Of a stretch of DNA of 64,000 nt, positions 1-13,448 are shown piece after piece. A model generated the notes under the pieces. That model saw nothing but the letters and a program-made list of their open reading frames with translations, ran no database searches and was not told the origin of the DNA. Source of the stretch: Octopus vulgaris. Its lineage: Eukaryota. The position numbers and the translations under genes are program-made. The stretch spans positions 48,608,001-48,672,000 of the forward strand of contig OX597835.1 in NCBI GenBank assembly GCA_951406725.2, read 5' to 3'. The stretch's first letter is position 1; every line of letters begins with the position of its first letter.

Positions 1-1290
1 GCCACAGTCTCCAAACCTTTACATTTGCTTAGTTTCTCAAACGTCTTCAGAGATGGGCTTTTGTCAGCTTGGGCTGCAACTTCAATCAAAGACAGGTCTT
101 TTCGCGTGATTTTTCACAATGAGATCTGTTGATTTGCTTATAGTCCCCGATTAGTCTGATCGCTGAAATTTCAAAGGACGCGACAGCCTGGGCGTTCTGG
201 GCAACTTGTGTTCCCACCAGTTGTTTTTGTGAGGGATGTGTATGGAGGAGGATTGTAAGTACGGCATATTGACAGGTGTGTGTGCACTGAGTTGCCCTGT
301 CATGCCATTACAAATATCCTGCTGGTACCTGTCTGCTGCATTCAGATATTATGTGGTCGACTCACTCTGGATGCTAACTGCGCATGCGGCTTGGTAAGTT
401 GCTTTCATATATCAGGATTTTACACTGGAAAATGCAAGTTGGAAGCCATTGAACCTGAACAGCAATGATATACCCCTCTCTTTCTTGTTTGAGACCAGAA
501 CATAACAGCCACCGATAAATACAGGATAGATCTACATCAGGTTTCCTGGTTCTAGACGTGCATATGCCCTGCAGTGACCTTTGCTGCCTTTTCTCCTTAA
601 TATGTTTGGCAATGGTTTGTATTTGCTCTGCCTAATCTATTGGGGATGCGTTTTCGTCGGTTAATAGTTCGTCTGCTTACATTTCTCGCAGGTAGAGTTT
701 CGCATTTTTTAACACTGACGGCAACATTTTGTTATTTTCATGTTTCCGAACCAGCTTTACCATCCAGTCGTTTGCTTGTTGGAGGGAGGCAGAAAGTCCC
801 ATGATTGAATTTTTCAATGAGAGTCGAGAATGTATAAGCCCCAATCTCCTTCTTCTCCCGGGAGGAAAGATTCTATCAAGCGTTGGTGATCAGTTACACT
901 TGTTTCTCTAGGATCTGTTTTCAGCACCCGTTCACGGAATAAATCAAAGTGCACAATGTGAAAGCACATCTTTAATACAATGCTGAAAAAGTGCTGCTTC
1001 TGGTTTATGAAATAAAAAAATTTTCACTTGGATCTCTTGCGGGAACTGGCGCTGAAAATAGTGTTGGAAAGAATGTAACTGGTCACGAAAGATTTGATAA
1101 GACCTTTCCTTTTCTCTTTATTTGGATTACATTTTATTCTTCGATAAACCCACACAATAGTTTTATTGTTGTGGCACATCGATTTTAAACATGTGAAGAA
1201 TTTCGATTTTTACTTTAGACGACAATTCATTTGCGTAGAAAGCCTTAAGCTCAGATTGAGTACTGCATTGTGAATACACCACCTTCCCAC
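1..1290 (-). mobile_element. Decayed R4/Dong-clade non-LTR retrotransposon ORF (end of RT, CCHC knuckle, restriction-like endonuclease), running off the window edge
   Basis: Minus-strand translation across frameshifts gives LPGRRRRLGLI (LY.PR..GGRGL-like), SLQGICTSRTRKPDVDLSCIYRWLLCSGLKQEREGYIIAVQ (lHG..vD...WL..sgLK.eTEg.i.AaQ), VDHIISEC...WHD (CCHC knuckle), NWWEHK, and a QT..DLIVKN..EKTC.LIEVA..EKLSKCKGLE RLE-like tail. There are many stops and frameshifts. Confidence 0.85.
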
Positions 1291-1333
1291 ACTTACACGT
1301 CCTCATATATATATATATTTATATATTTATGTA

Positions 1334-1367
<34 letters not shown>

Positions 1368-1369
<2 letters not shown>

Positions 1370-1531
1370 CGCAGGAGTGACTGTGTGGTAAGTAGCTTGT
1401 TTACCAGCCACATGGTTCCAGGTTCAGTCCCACTGCGTGGCACCTTGGGTAAGTGTCTTCTACTATAGCCTCGGGCCGACCAAAGCCTTGTGAGTGGATT
1501 TGGTAGACGGAAACTGAAAGAAGCCCGTCGT
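1368..1531 (+). mobile_element. tRNA-derived SINE family A (octopus OK-like), 5' half
   Basis: The sequence GGCGCAGGAGTGACTGTGTGGTAAG...GGTTCAGTCCC (A/B-box-like head), CCTTGGGTAAGTGTCTT, ...GAAAGAAGCCCGTCG is repeated many times in the window. Confidence 0.85.
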
Positions 1532-1555
1532 ATATATGTATATATATATATATAG

Positions 1556-1768
1556 TCAATTCAAATAAACTAATAACATTAACAATAATAATAGACAACA
1601 AGAGGACTTGCACAAGGAATGTATTAGTTTTACGCTCAGTAAAAACAGAGAGTGTTTTGACGTTTCGAGCACAGCTCTTCGTCGGAAAGGAGAAAGGGAA
1701 AAGTCCAAAGAATGAAAGGAAATCGCCAACAGCATGAGTGTAGTTATATTGCTGCATATAATACATGC

Positions 1769-1771
<3 letters not shown>
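1556..1771 (-). mobile_element. Short non-coding repeat carrying a minimal hammerhead motif, inserted between (TA)n tracts (PLE pLTR-like)
   Basis: Bounded by (TA)n on both sides. Its left part is similar to 6418-6482 (GTTAATCCAAAC...CAACGCGAGGACGTGGAACAA). It contains the hammerhead motif at 1656-1688. Confidence 0.6.
1656..1688 (-). ncRNA. Minimal type-I hammerhead ribozyme motif (CCGACGA core variant)
   Basis: Minus strand reads TTT-CCGACGA-A-GAGC-TGT-GCTC-GAAA-CGTC-AAA. Stem I is TTT/AAA, stem II is GAGC/GCTC, stem III is the palindrome ACGT, and the triplet is GUC. Confidence 0.7.
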
Positions 1772-1838
<67 letters not shown>

Positions 1839-1943
1839 TGTGTCTGTGTGCGTATATATTTGATAGATAGATAGATAGGTAGATGGATAGATAGATAGAG
1901 GAAGAGAGAGAGATGAAAGGCTCTGAAGTGTGTATGTGAAGAA

Positions 1944-1978
1944 TTTACAAAGTTTCGTACAAAATCCTTCTTCATGAA
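1944..1978 (-). ncRNA. Degenerate hammerhead-like motif
   Basis: Minus strand reads TTC-ATGAAGA-A-GGA-TTTTG-TAC-GAAAC-TTT-GTA-AA. The stem II region resembles that of 3770-3803. C3 and one stem II base are altered. Confidence 0.4.
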
Positions 1979-2137
1979 GCAAAAGTGCTTTAGGCCTCAT
2001 CTCTGCTCCGATCAATTAGACCTGCGATCAAAGGTATTCCACTCTTGACCCACTCGCCTTCTTCAGTGAATCAGGGAGTTCAGTTTTTGACGTGACCCTC
2101 CGTGCATTTGTAGAAGTTGTAGTAGGGCTGCGTGGGC

Positions 2138-2138
<1 letters not shown>

Positions 2139-2206
<68 letters not shown>

Positions 2207-2231
2207 CAGCAGTAGTATTAGTCGTAGTAGT

Positions 2232-2309
<78 letters not shown>

Positions 2310-2310
2310 T
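2139..2310 (+). repeat. (GTA)n/(GCA)n microsatellite
   Basis: Visible trinucleotide tract; it is the source of the poly-V ORF. Confidence 0.95.
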
Positions 2311-2596
2311 ATTGATTTTGTAACTGCTGCTGCATCTGTTGTAGATTGAGTTTGCTGTTTCTGCTGCTGCTGCTGTTGTTGTTGACGTCGCTGTTGTTGA
2401 GGTTATGGCAACTCTTTCTATTGTTGTTCTTGTTAGTGTTGCAGTTGTTGATAACTATGATTTTGTTACTGTAGAAGAGTATATCTTCATTATGTTAACA
2501 GGATATACTTAAGGGAAATCATGTTTCTCATATTGTCACTTATATTAGTGTGAGCTGCGCTTAGATTGTCTTCCTATATGCTTATACATACATACC

Positions 2597-2670
<74 letters not shown>

Positions 2671-2674
<4 letters not shown>

Positions 2675-2886
2675 TATATTATATCATATATATACATACA
2701 CATATATAACTATATAAATGCGTATGTATGTATATATATATATATATATTCATATATTATATCATATATATACATATACATATATAACTATATAAATGCC
2801 TATGTATGTATGTATATATATATATATATATTCATATAATTTATCATATATATACATATACATATATAACTATATAAATGCGTATG

Positions 2887-2921
<35 letters not shown>

Positions 2922-2962
2922 ATATATTAAATCATATATATACATATACATATATAACTATA
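2671..2962 (+). repeat. About 78-bp AT-rich minisatellite, about 3.5 copies
   Basis: TCATATATTATATCATATATATACATACA(C/T)ATATATAACTATATAAATG(C)GTATGTATG(TA)n recurs at about 2671, 2749, 2831 and 2920. Confidence 0.85.
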
Positions 2963-3769
2963 AAAATATGTATGTATATATACGTGTGTATGTGTGTGTA
3001 TGTGTGTGTGTATAGCTGTATATAAACACACAGACGCACGCACACACACACACACACACTTGTAGATATGGACATATATGTAAGTATACATATATGAGTG
3101 TTATATGCATAGAAATAGAAGTCTATATGCATCTATATGTATATGTGAATGTATGAGTGCGAGTAGGTATATATATGTGTGTGTGCATGTGTGTATTTGA
3201 ATATGTTTGTTTGTATGCGTGCGTATGGATATTCATATATACCTACATGTGTGGGTGTATACATGTATGTATGGGTGTGTATGTATATATATTTCAGATA
3301 ATGACGCATTTAGTTAAGTGAGAACTTCAGTTACAATGTCTTCCCATTTCTTATATATATATATATATATATATATATCGTATCATATCACACATGTGTG
3401 TGCGCGCACGCCTCTGTGTGTGTGTCTCTGTGAGTCTTTGTGTGTCTGTGTGTGTATGTACATATACACACTCACATACAAAGAGCAGGAGACAGGGAGA
3501 GAAAGATAGAATGATAGATATATATAAATATTTTTCTTTCGCGCATTTCTAGCTAACAGAATGCATATTTAAATATGAATATACTCTATACATATTCATG
3601 CATACATAAAATTATATACGCTTTCAGTCAGTGAATATTCTTATACTCATAATTATCCATATATGCACTTATATACATTTCTATACATACATACAAATTT
3701 GTAAATCTTTTCTCATAATTAATATTTTATTTGAGTTTTCTGAAGTTACTTTGCCGGTTAGACAAAAGC

Positions 3770-3803
3770 TTTCAATGTTCCGGACAAATTCCTTCTTCGG
3801 AAA
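3770..3803 (-). ncRNA. Degenerate minimal hammerhead motif (CCGAAGA core)
   Basis: Minus strand reads TTT-CCGAAGA-A-GGA-ATTTG-TCC-GGAAC-ATT-GAAA. Stem II is GGA/TCC. GAAAC is changed to GGAAC. The layout matches 1656-1688. Confidence 0.5.
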
Positions 3804-3922
3804 CGAAATTAGTTTGAATTCGTTCTTAGACCGAGAGAGAGATAAAGAGGACATGGTAGAGGAACGCGGGGAAATGAAAGAGAATTCGCATACATGGGAG
3901 GAATACACTCACAAGCAGTGAG

Positions 3923-3962
<40 letters not shown>

Positions 3963-4027
3963 AAACTGAGTATTTAGAGGTAAGATGGGATGGGAGCAGG
4001 TATACTTTGGAGTGAGAAGAAATGAGA

Positions 4028-4173
<146 letters not shown>

Positions 4174-4454
4174 GAAATATGTTACGAAAAGAAAATATAA
4201 AATACACGTGGAAATGTAAGGATAAAATATGAAAAATCAACGAAAATGCATATTGCAGATAGAAAAAGGCTATTTATGACAGGTAACGACAAATATATAC
4301 ATTTAGATTGATTGAGGTAGTAATACGAGTCATAAAGGTCATTATTATGAGATGATTATAAGATGATAATAATAATAATAAAATAAGAGACCGAAATTAA
4401 GCAATTGGTTTGCGCGTGGGCTATTCATCGTTTGAACAACACCGGTTAATAAAC

Positions 4455-4542
<88 letters not shown>

Positions 4543-5349
4543 CTGCCCCATATAGTTACAAATTATGCCATTCTTAGCATATAACTAATATTTAAAATGA
4601 CATATCAACTAGGGGCTACAACTGAAACATATATGGAGGGTTCTTTTTTTCGCATCTCCCTTTTCTGTTTGAGCTTTACACCTTATAATTTATTTGTATC
4701 GTTACTTTTTAAGAAATTTCAACATCTTTATATCATTCAAATAAACCATTCATTCATCTATCTTTCTCCATTTTGTTTGTTTCAATGTTAATAATAGCTA
4801 TGACTACAATGATCCCTAACATATCGCACAGACTTTCTCATTATATGACAGAGATTTACCAGTGAAAATGTTTTGGATTATTTAAGCCCAAATGTGGATC
4901 TAACATCCTCGAATTGACTATAAATACATACATATATAATATATAGATATATATATATATATATAACAAAATAATAAATAAAACATATGCATATATACAT
5001 ACATATATGTACGTACCTACATCTACATGTATATATACATGCATATATGGGTACAGGACACCAAAAAACGTCGAACACAATGAGAAACAAAAACATAAAC
5101 ACAAAACCAAGGAACTGGACATTTTTCTAAAAACAACGAAAAAAAGGGGGTACAAGACATACAACACAAGGAACACTTCCCGTCTTCAGCCGCTAAAAGA
5201 AACAATACAAAATATAAACAGTAAAAGACAGGACAAGGAGAATAACAGTAACACGAACATTGAGGGCTGTTAAGCCAGAACGAATGAATAAATATTTTGA
5301 ACGCTTTGAGGACGGCGAGAGAGACAGGGAAAGCCGTCCACACTTCAAG

Positions 5350-5366
5350 GAAGCCCGTCGTATATA

Positions 5367-5432
<66 letters not shown>

Positions 5433-5657
5433 TGTGCGTGTATGTTTGTGTGTCTGTGTTTGGCCCCTTAGCATTGCTTGACAACCGATGCTGGTGTGTT
5501 TATGTCACCGTCACTCAGCGATTCGGCAAAAGAGACCGATAGAATAAGTACTGGGCTTACAAAAGAATAAGTCCCGGGGTCGAGTTGCTCGATTAAAGGC
5601 GGTGCTCCAGCATGGCCGCAGTCAAATGACTGAAACAAGTAAAAGAGTGAAAGAGTA
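5350..5657 (+). mobile_element. SINE family A, 3' half with internal (TG)n
   Basis: GAAGCCCGTCG-(TG)n-...GCTTGACAACCGATGCTGG...GGCGGTGCTCCAGCATGGCCGCAGTCAAATGACTGAAACAAGTAAAAGAG. Confidence 0.85.
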
Positions 5658-5661
5658 CAGA

Positions 5662-5694
<33 letters not shown>

Positions 5695-5697
<3 letters not shown>

Positions 5698-6386
5698 GCC
5701 AAGATTAAACATAAACACGCGGCTAATCCAGCATGTGCCTCTTGCTTACACATTTTAATTTTTTCAAATCCGCCGCGCAAGCTCAGTTTTTTTTCGTCGG
5801 CAGCAAAATGGTGCCGGCAGTGGTGCCGAACGAATCTTCCAGAACTCATTATACATCATTAATAATATCAGGGTAATAAAGTTTTTAAAAATGTTTACTA
5901 CCAGTGGCCTAGCGTATAAAAAATTTAGTCAATAGACAATATATTATTCATATAAAATACAGTGTACATTTAAACACATGAAGAGGTTTCCATCATAGGA
6001 ATCCTTTACGCTAGAAAGAATTGTGGATTTAAAAAACTTTAAATTTATAGCAAGAAGCACACGCTGGATTGGCTTTGTGATTTTATGTTTAATCTTGGCG
6101 TACCTGTTGAAGAAGACTTCGCCTAGCAAATTATTTTATTTGCTAAAATAAGTCAGAAAACATGATCCAGGAAATAGATTCCTTTCAAGAATTTATCCCT
6201 AATTAGTGGTTTGGACTTTAGCTGTTCTTTCTAGCGTAAAGGATTCCTATGATGGAAACCTTTTAATGTGTTTAAATGTACACTGTATTTTATATGAATA
6301 GTATATAGTCTATTGACTAATTTTTCTATACGCTAGGTCACTGGTAGTAAAAATTTCTAAAATCTTTATTACCTTGATATTATTAA
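5695..6386. repeat. Interleaved inverted repeats A-B-A'-B' bounded by (TA)n
   Basis: A (5695-5772) is the reverse complement of A' (6023-6102). B (5859-6020) is the reverse complement of B' (6225-6386). Confidence 0.85.
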
Positions 6387-6478
6387 ATATATATGTACAT
6401 ATATATATATATATATAGTTAATCCAAACAAGAAAGCACAAAAAAACACAACAACGCGAGGACGTGGAACAAATATAG

Positions 6479-6527
<49 letters not shown>

Positions 6528-6530
<3 letters not shown>

Positions 6531-6660
6531 TAAACAGAACGGAAGGAGACACATAGGATGGAGATTAGTTGAAGAGGTCGCACAGGTTGCGTGACGAAAA
6601 ATTTCAGGCAATGGACAGGAAAGTAAGAAGGATAATAAAGTTGGATGAACACGAAGTATT
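6528..6660 (+). mobile_element. PLE pLTR-like repeat with a hammerhead-like motif, homologous to 35910-36046
   Basis: ACTAAACAGAAC...GGATGGAG...TGAAGAGGTC...GTGACGAAA...CAATGGACA is shared with both arms at 35758-36046. It starts directly at a (TA)n tract. Confidence 0.65.
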
Positions 6661-6731
6661 TAACTATAAATATAATCATCTCCAAATATAACACTAGATT
6701 GATGGACACCTATACAAACATACAAGCTTCT

Positions 6732-7036
6732 GGTGTTTAATCGGTTACGACAACGGTGTTCCAGTTGATCCGATAAACAGAACAGTTTGCTTGGAAAATT
6801 AACGTATAAGTGGCTGAGCACTCTACAGGCACGCATGTCCTTAACATAGAAATTTATTGTGATACACAATGTGGCAAGGATGGCCCCGTTGAATTACAGG
6901 TAGATATCTTTGCTGGTTGAATGGACAGTAGCAACCCGAAAGAGAGTGATGTGGTCAAGGACATAGCGCGCCACCGGAAATCGAACTCGCGAACTCACCA
7001 TAGTGAGCCGAATGCTCTAACCACTAAGCCACGCGC
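6732..7036 (-). mobile_element. tRNA-headed CORE-like SINE (OR2-like), diverged
   Basis: Minus strand reads GCGCGTGGCTTAGTGGTTAGAGC...GAGTTCGATTTCC head, then TGTCCTTGACC core. The 3' tail is shared with 19585-19770 (GGTTACGAC...TTCCAGTTGATCC). Confidence 0.7.
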
Positions 7037-7437
7037 GTTCACACTCATGTGTAAATAAATACACACACACTCACGCACACACACGTACATATACATGCAT
7101 CATGAGTAGCATGGCATGTGGTACAGGTTGTATGTTAAAATATGTGGTAAACGAACAAAGAGTAAAATCGAACTCAGTGATACAAGAGACACAAAAAATA
7201 TATTCGTGTTCTTAACATCCACATCTAGACGGAAAGAGTGGTTGAGATTGTTAGCGATCAAGAGATTGGTAAATAGACAGGGACCGATACAAAGATTAAG
7301 TAATTGTTGATTGATTGATTGATTGATTGATTGAAATATATACAAATAGTGATCGAGAGATATAAATAGTCAAAGAGAGATATAGATAAACAGATATATA
7401 TATATATAAATATATATACACACATATATAAACATAC

Positions 7438-7501
<64 letters not shown>

Positions 7502-7555
7502 AAAGATAAAGAGAGAGACAGCGTGACAGAGAGACAGTGATTGGTGGATAAACAG

Positions 7556-7586
<31 letters not shown>

Positions 7587-7645
7587 TAAATAAATAGACA
7601 GACAGACAGACAGACAGATTGATAGATAGATAGATAGATAGATAT

Positions 7646-7691
<46 letters not shown>

Positions 7692-8377
7692 TTAGATATA
7701 TATCTGTATCACATTTATCCATACCTTTATATATATGTAGATAACATATGTAATGTATACATTGTTATATATATGTACATACCTATATATATATTCCCAC
7801 GCATATGTATAGAAACGCACAAACACACATACATGCACACACCACACGCAAATACTCACACATACACACACAAACTCAGACGTGCATCCACACACACACC
7901 TATACACACAAACGTAGGTGTTTTCATACGAAATAAGTAGAAATTTTTTTTGGGGGGGGGGTTCTCTCTGATTACCCCACTGGGACCAAATTGCCCAACA
8001 ACCATATCGGGAAGGAAGGATGCCGTTACTTTGGCACAGAAAACCTAAGCGAAAACATAAATCACCATCTATCGTCCGAAATAGATTTCTTTTGAAGGGA
8101 AACTTTATTTCCCCCACAATTAGGGGGAGGGCATTTTTGCTTTCCCCTTTTTTCTAAGGCGGGGTGGGCCTTACGATAGAAGTTATTACGTGTGTTCTTC
8201 AGAAGATCTCTCATCTGGGAATTATTTTCGTCTATACTCTATACGCTGGTTGGCATTTACTTCCAAATATCTTCGACTCATCCTATTCGTTGTTTAAAAA
8301 AGAAAAAGCCGTGAGGTTTTCTTAGATATATTTCTGAATATATCTTCCGAATTTTTCCCGTCTTTTTTCCTTTTCGT

Positions 8378-8485
8378 TATGGCCCAGTGGTTAATGTATA
8401 TCCGGTTCACGATCATAATATCGAGGTTTCACTCCATGGACTGTGTGGCAATGTTGTGTCCTTGGGCAAGGCACTTTATTACACG
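8378..8485 (+). mobile_element. tRNA/CORE-like SINE 5' fragment
   Basis: ATGGCCCAGTGGTTA...TTGTGTCCTTGGGCAAGGCACTTTATT, similar to the 63382-63510 region. Confidence 0.6.
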
Positions 8486-8859
8486 AAATTCCATCCTACT
8501 TGCACACCTCTCTTTCTCCAGCTGTCGCATCCCGGATGTGCTGCTGGTTCAAAAGCTGAAAAAGACGAAAGTGTCTATGCCTACTGACGTCTACTCAGTT
8601 TAGACAATTAGAGAATGCATGGTACATGCATCCTCTAATTACATGGTGCAAGCCATACTCGACCGCGAGCGATGGCAAGCCTTCCATGTGTGTGTGAGTT
8701 GACCGTAAATTTGGCTGGATGGTCATTCACCTGTCATTGAAACTGCAGCAAAGAAGCCGTAGAGCAAAATGCTCAAAGAAACGTTAACAACTCTCTCTGC
8801 TTTCGGCGAGCGTCAAATTAAGTGGAGGTGGGTGCCATGTTGTAAACAGTAGAGGCCCT

Positions 8860-9848
8860 CACGTTCGTTCCTCCTATGATGTCTAGCCTCTGAGTCCTAT
8901 AATTGTATGTTCTTTGAATTGATTATAACCACAAAAACTGGTTGGAATATATATATATATATATACATTATATATATATATATATATGCTAAAGGGTTAA
9001 GGGTATCGCGAAATGCCTGAGCTGGAGGACAACCTTCCAAATTCTTCTACAGGACTTAAAAAAACTGAAGGCACCCACTGCACATTTAGTAAGAATCTGG
9101 GAGGGGAAAATACCGTTGTTTAACAATTTAACTGATGCTCCTCTACTTTTCTATGCCCAAAGCCAGGAACTTTTCAGCCCCACCCTTCGTAGGCTGTAAT
9201 GTATTTATATGAAACTTCCTTGTAGTATCCCAAAATGTAATATTTGCTTAATCTTTGTAATTTCATAATTTTATAATGATAGAAATAGGTGCTGGTATGT
9301 GTCTCTGAGTGTATGTGTGTGTATGTGTGTGCGTGTATGTAGGTGTGTATGCATTTATGTAGGCGAGCACATGTGTGTACGTACTTACTTCTAATTGTTG
9401 CTTTTCCTGTCCGTCAAATTAATATATTGGTTGTGAACGGCCATCACGTTCGTTTTATTCTCCTCTATAATTGTCCCTGTTCTTTGAATTGATTATATAT
9501 ATATATATATATATATATATACGTACGAGTGGACAAACAAGAGAAAAAGGCACCCAGCACACATTTAGTAAGAATCATATATACCGTTGTTTAACAATTT
9601 TGATTCATTTCTATGCGACTTAAAGTTTCGCAGGCTTCGTGCAGAAACCTAATCTGTTCGAGCTCAGATATTATGCATACATACATACATACATATATAT
9701 GTGTGTGTGTGTGTGTAGGTATGTATGTATTTATGTAGGCGAGCACAAGTGTGTACGTACTTACTTCTAATTGTTGCTTTTCCTGTCCGCCTTTCTATCG
9801 CCCATCGGTCCAAATGTGTTATTCTCCTCTATAGCGTCCCTGTTCCAT
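8860..9848 (+). repeat. Degenerate local tandem duplication (2-3 partial units)
   Basis: Three blocks recur: TATGTAGGCGAGCACA.GTGTGTACGTACTTACTTCTAATTGTTGCTTTTCCTGTCCG at about 9356 and 9732; GGCACCCA...CACATTTAGTAAGAATC...ATACCGTTGTTTAACAATTT at about 9070 and 9549; TGTTCTTTGAATTGATTATA at about 8908 and 9478. Confidence 0.75.
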
Positions 9849-11228
9849 TTTTTATATTTATGCATACATATAGCGGCGTACGTACACACTTCGTGCTCAC
9901 CTTATAGCAATTATGGATCTAAATTTTGTTCGACTCTTTTACTCGGTAGCTTATCCCATGCTTCACTGAACTGTTTTAAGAGTTTATGTAAAGGCTAGAA
10001 GATATAGACCCCTAATCGCCCTTCCCACGTCTTAACATCCATGATGTGACAGCTGAAGGAAATGTAGAACTGCCGTAGCAGTCGACTTGCGTTCCGTTTT
10101 CAGCGAGGAAGCTGGGAATATTATAAAATGAGGTGCTTTGTTTAAAGATGTTCTACTCTTTCCGGTCCAGGAATAGAGCTCAAGAAGTCACAAATACGCT
10201 AACCAGAAAACCACGCACCTTCATAATTCCTGATTCAATATAGAGTTGCTGAAAACACAGTTGCTACATAAAATAGCAAGAAGTAGGATTTGTGAAACTG
10301 AGATGTAATTTAAGAAGATTAACTTCCATTTCTATGCCGTATACTGAAGAAAACTGACACTAAAACGGACATAATCTTTGGCGCCCACGAAAGTGAAACC
10401 AATGTGGTTTCTTGCTTTCATAAAAACAGTTGTTTTCTCATTTTTAGGAAAATATGTTCCTTTTCGGTTGTAATTTGTCACCCTTTATTTGGGACACATA
10501 TTTCCCTTTGTGTTAGCCAATGCAACAGTGAGGTCAGCATAACATGTGGAACTTGAGTGTGCCCCCTATGAGACGGGCATATTTGTGGCGTGATAGATCG
10601 AGAAACCGCGAAAATTAAATCAGCGGAAGAGTAGCAATAAGCATGACACGAAAATACAACACGCACACACACACACGCACACACATAGCCGTATGACGTA
10701 GAAAGAAATACACACATAATCAAACACATACAATCACACACACACGTACACAGGCATATATATGTATATACACACACACACACACACATATATGCATACG
10801 CACACATGTAATTATATAAATATGTATATACATCTAATGTATTTACATACATATTTGTGTGTGAGTGTGTATATACCCGCATCTATGTAGTTGTGTATGT
10901 GCATGTATGTACGTATCTGCCTACCTGCCTATATAATCTAAGCAGCCAGCTCGTTATCTGTCGCTATTTCTCAGGAATAATGCTGTGTCTTTGTTCTTCA
11001 AAAGAAAACAATATATCGGGTGTACGATACGCAACTGTAAAGAGGAATAAAAACACAAGCAACTAAAAGAACGGACACATAAATATAGATGAAGGGGAAA
11101 GAACCAACCGTGATTAGATATGTTTATGTAATCACTGGAGCCGAAATTGCGGGACCCTGCTTCTACCATGAGATTTAAACTCACTCACACACGCACACAC
11201 ACACGTGTGTGTGTGCGCGCTTACGTAT

Positions 11229-11286
<58 letters not shown>

Positions 11287-11335
11287 CTTGCGTTTGAATG
11301 TGTGTGAATGTGTTTGTATGCATATGTATGCTAGG

Positions 11336-11373
<38 letters not shown>

Positions 11374-11431
11374 CGTATATATATAAATCTAGGTATGTAT
11401 GTATATATATTTATACACTCACACACACTTG

Positions 11432-11490
<59 letters not shown>

Positions 11491-11646
11491 GTATATAAAT
11501 ATTCACACATATAATAAGGTACATTTCGCAGATGTAAACTGCATTTCTTTGTGCATTTAATGTATGTGTGTACACGTACATACATATACCTTATGTACAT
11601 AACCATCATCGTATACATACATATACATATATAAATATATATATAT

Positions 11647-11677
<31 letters not shown>

Positions 11678-11707
11678 GATGTATGTATGTATGTATGCAT
11701 ATGTATG

Positions 11708-11739
<32 letters not shown>

Positions 11740-12161
11740 TGTATGTATGTATGTATGTATGTATCTATATGTATTATGTATATATGTATATATATCTGTG
11801 TATATATGCCGTGTCGTCTTTTTTTCTACACAACGTGTTTTGTTTCTCGACAACAATGAAGTAATCACAGAACTCATCTGCAATTTTGGTCTTTGCCAAA
11901 GAATTATTTTGTTTCAAGTCAGCAACACTAAACCTTTTTTTTTACATTTTTTTGTATTTTCTATATTATTCATTCTTATTCTTTGTTTGTTTGTTTGTTT
12001 GTTTGCTTTTTGTGTTTTGTGTCTTTCATCAGACATTTCAGAAAACTAATTAAGGTATGTTATGTCTGCAAGGGCCATTCTACAATACCACGGTAGCTGC
12101 AGTCACCCAGATACATCTACCTCACCCTAAACATGTGTATATGCACTAACTCCGGATTACC

Positions 12162-12285
<124 letters not shown>

Positions 12286-12446
12286 TATACATACATATAT
12301 ATATACATATATATATATATACATACACACATATATATATAGTATGTATATATATAGGCATATAAAAATATAAGTTCGTCCCAAACAAGAGCGCAAACTT
12401 CATAGAGCCAAATTTAAATATACTCTCATACCTGTAAACGTGTAAG

Positions 12447-12483
<37 letters not shown>

Positions 12484-12678
12484 ACATATGTATAACTATA
12501 TATATGTAACTATATGTATGTATGCGTGTATGCTTGCGTACATGCATACGCACCGTAGAGATTGACAAAATATCGAAGAACGACAATAAAAACACACACA
12601 CACAGAGGGCACGCAAACATATACACGCATATATGCATGGACCCCGACACACATACACACACACACACACACACACAT

Positions 12679-12734
<56 letters not shown>

Positions 12735-13144
12735 TATACACACATATATATGTATATGTACTTGTATGTATGTATGTAAATAAAATTTAGAAAGCGGTTT
12801 TATTGTTTATACTGCTGTTGTTTGTATTATTGTTGTTGGTGTTTTTGCTTTGTGGAGAGCAGCAGAGGCAACAGCCATAATATTTGCTGTTTCACTCCAT
12901 CTTCAAAGCGAGACATTTTGAATTAAAGAATAGCTGACAAATTAAAAAACTCAACGGCAGACAACAACAACAACAACAACAACAACAACTACAACAGCAG
13001 CAGCAGCAGCAGCAGCAGCAAGGAGAAGCACAAGATCAACAACCACGGAAATAAACGTAGCAGGAATAATGCAAAGGAACTGAACAATAACAACAAAAAT
13101 AACAAAGCGTAGCAGGGGTTTCTGCCATACTAACAACAACAACA

Positions 13145-13196
<52 letters not shown>

Positions 13197-13410
13197 TTAC
13201 TACTACTGCTGCTGCTGCTGCTGCTACACAAAATTGATGAAGATGTCGAAAAGGAATAAAAATCGACTGACCAACGGTGAAAAAAAGCACCTGCCAACAA
13301 TCACAGAGGCAGCAAGAACAACAATGGCAGACACCACGACGACAGCGACGATGACAGCGATGCGAGAGACAATGACACCAAAGAGAGACAACAACCACAT
13401 CAAGAATTAC

Positions 13411-13448
<38 letters not shown>

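Noticed and set aside
2671-2962. Regularly spaced repeats superficially like a CRISPR array
   Set aside because: The spacers are just (TA)n, there are no cas genes, and the context is eukaryotic, so this is a minisatellite.
4400-4436. Minus-strand ACGATGAATAGCCCACGCGCAAACC resembling the 1656 motif
   Set aside because: Too many changes in both core halves to count, although the position beside (TA)n is suggestive.
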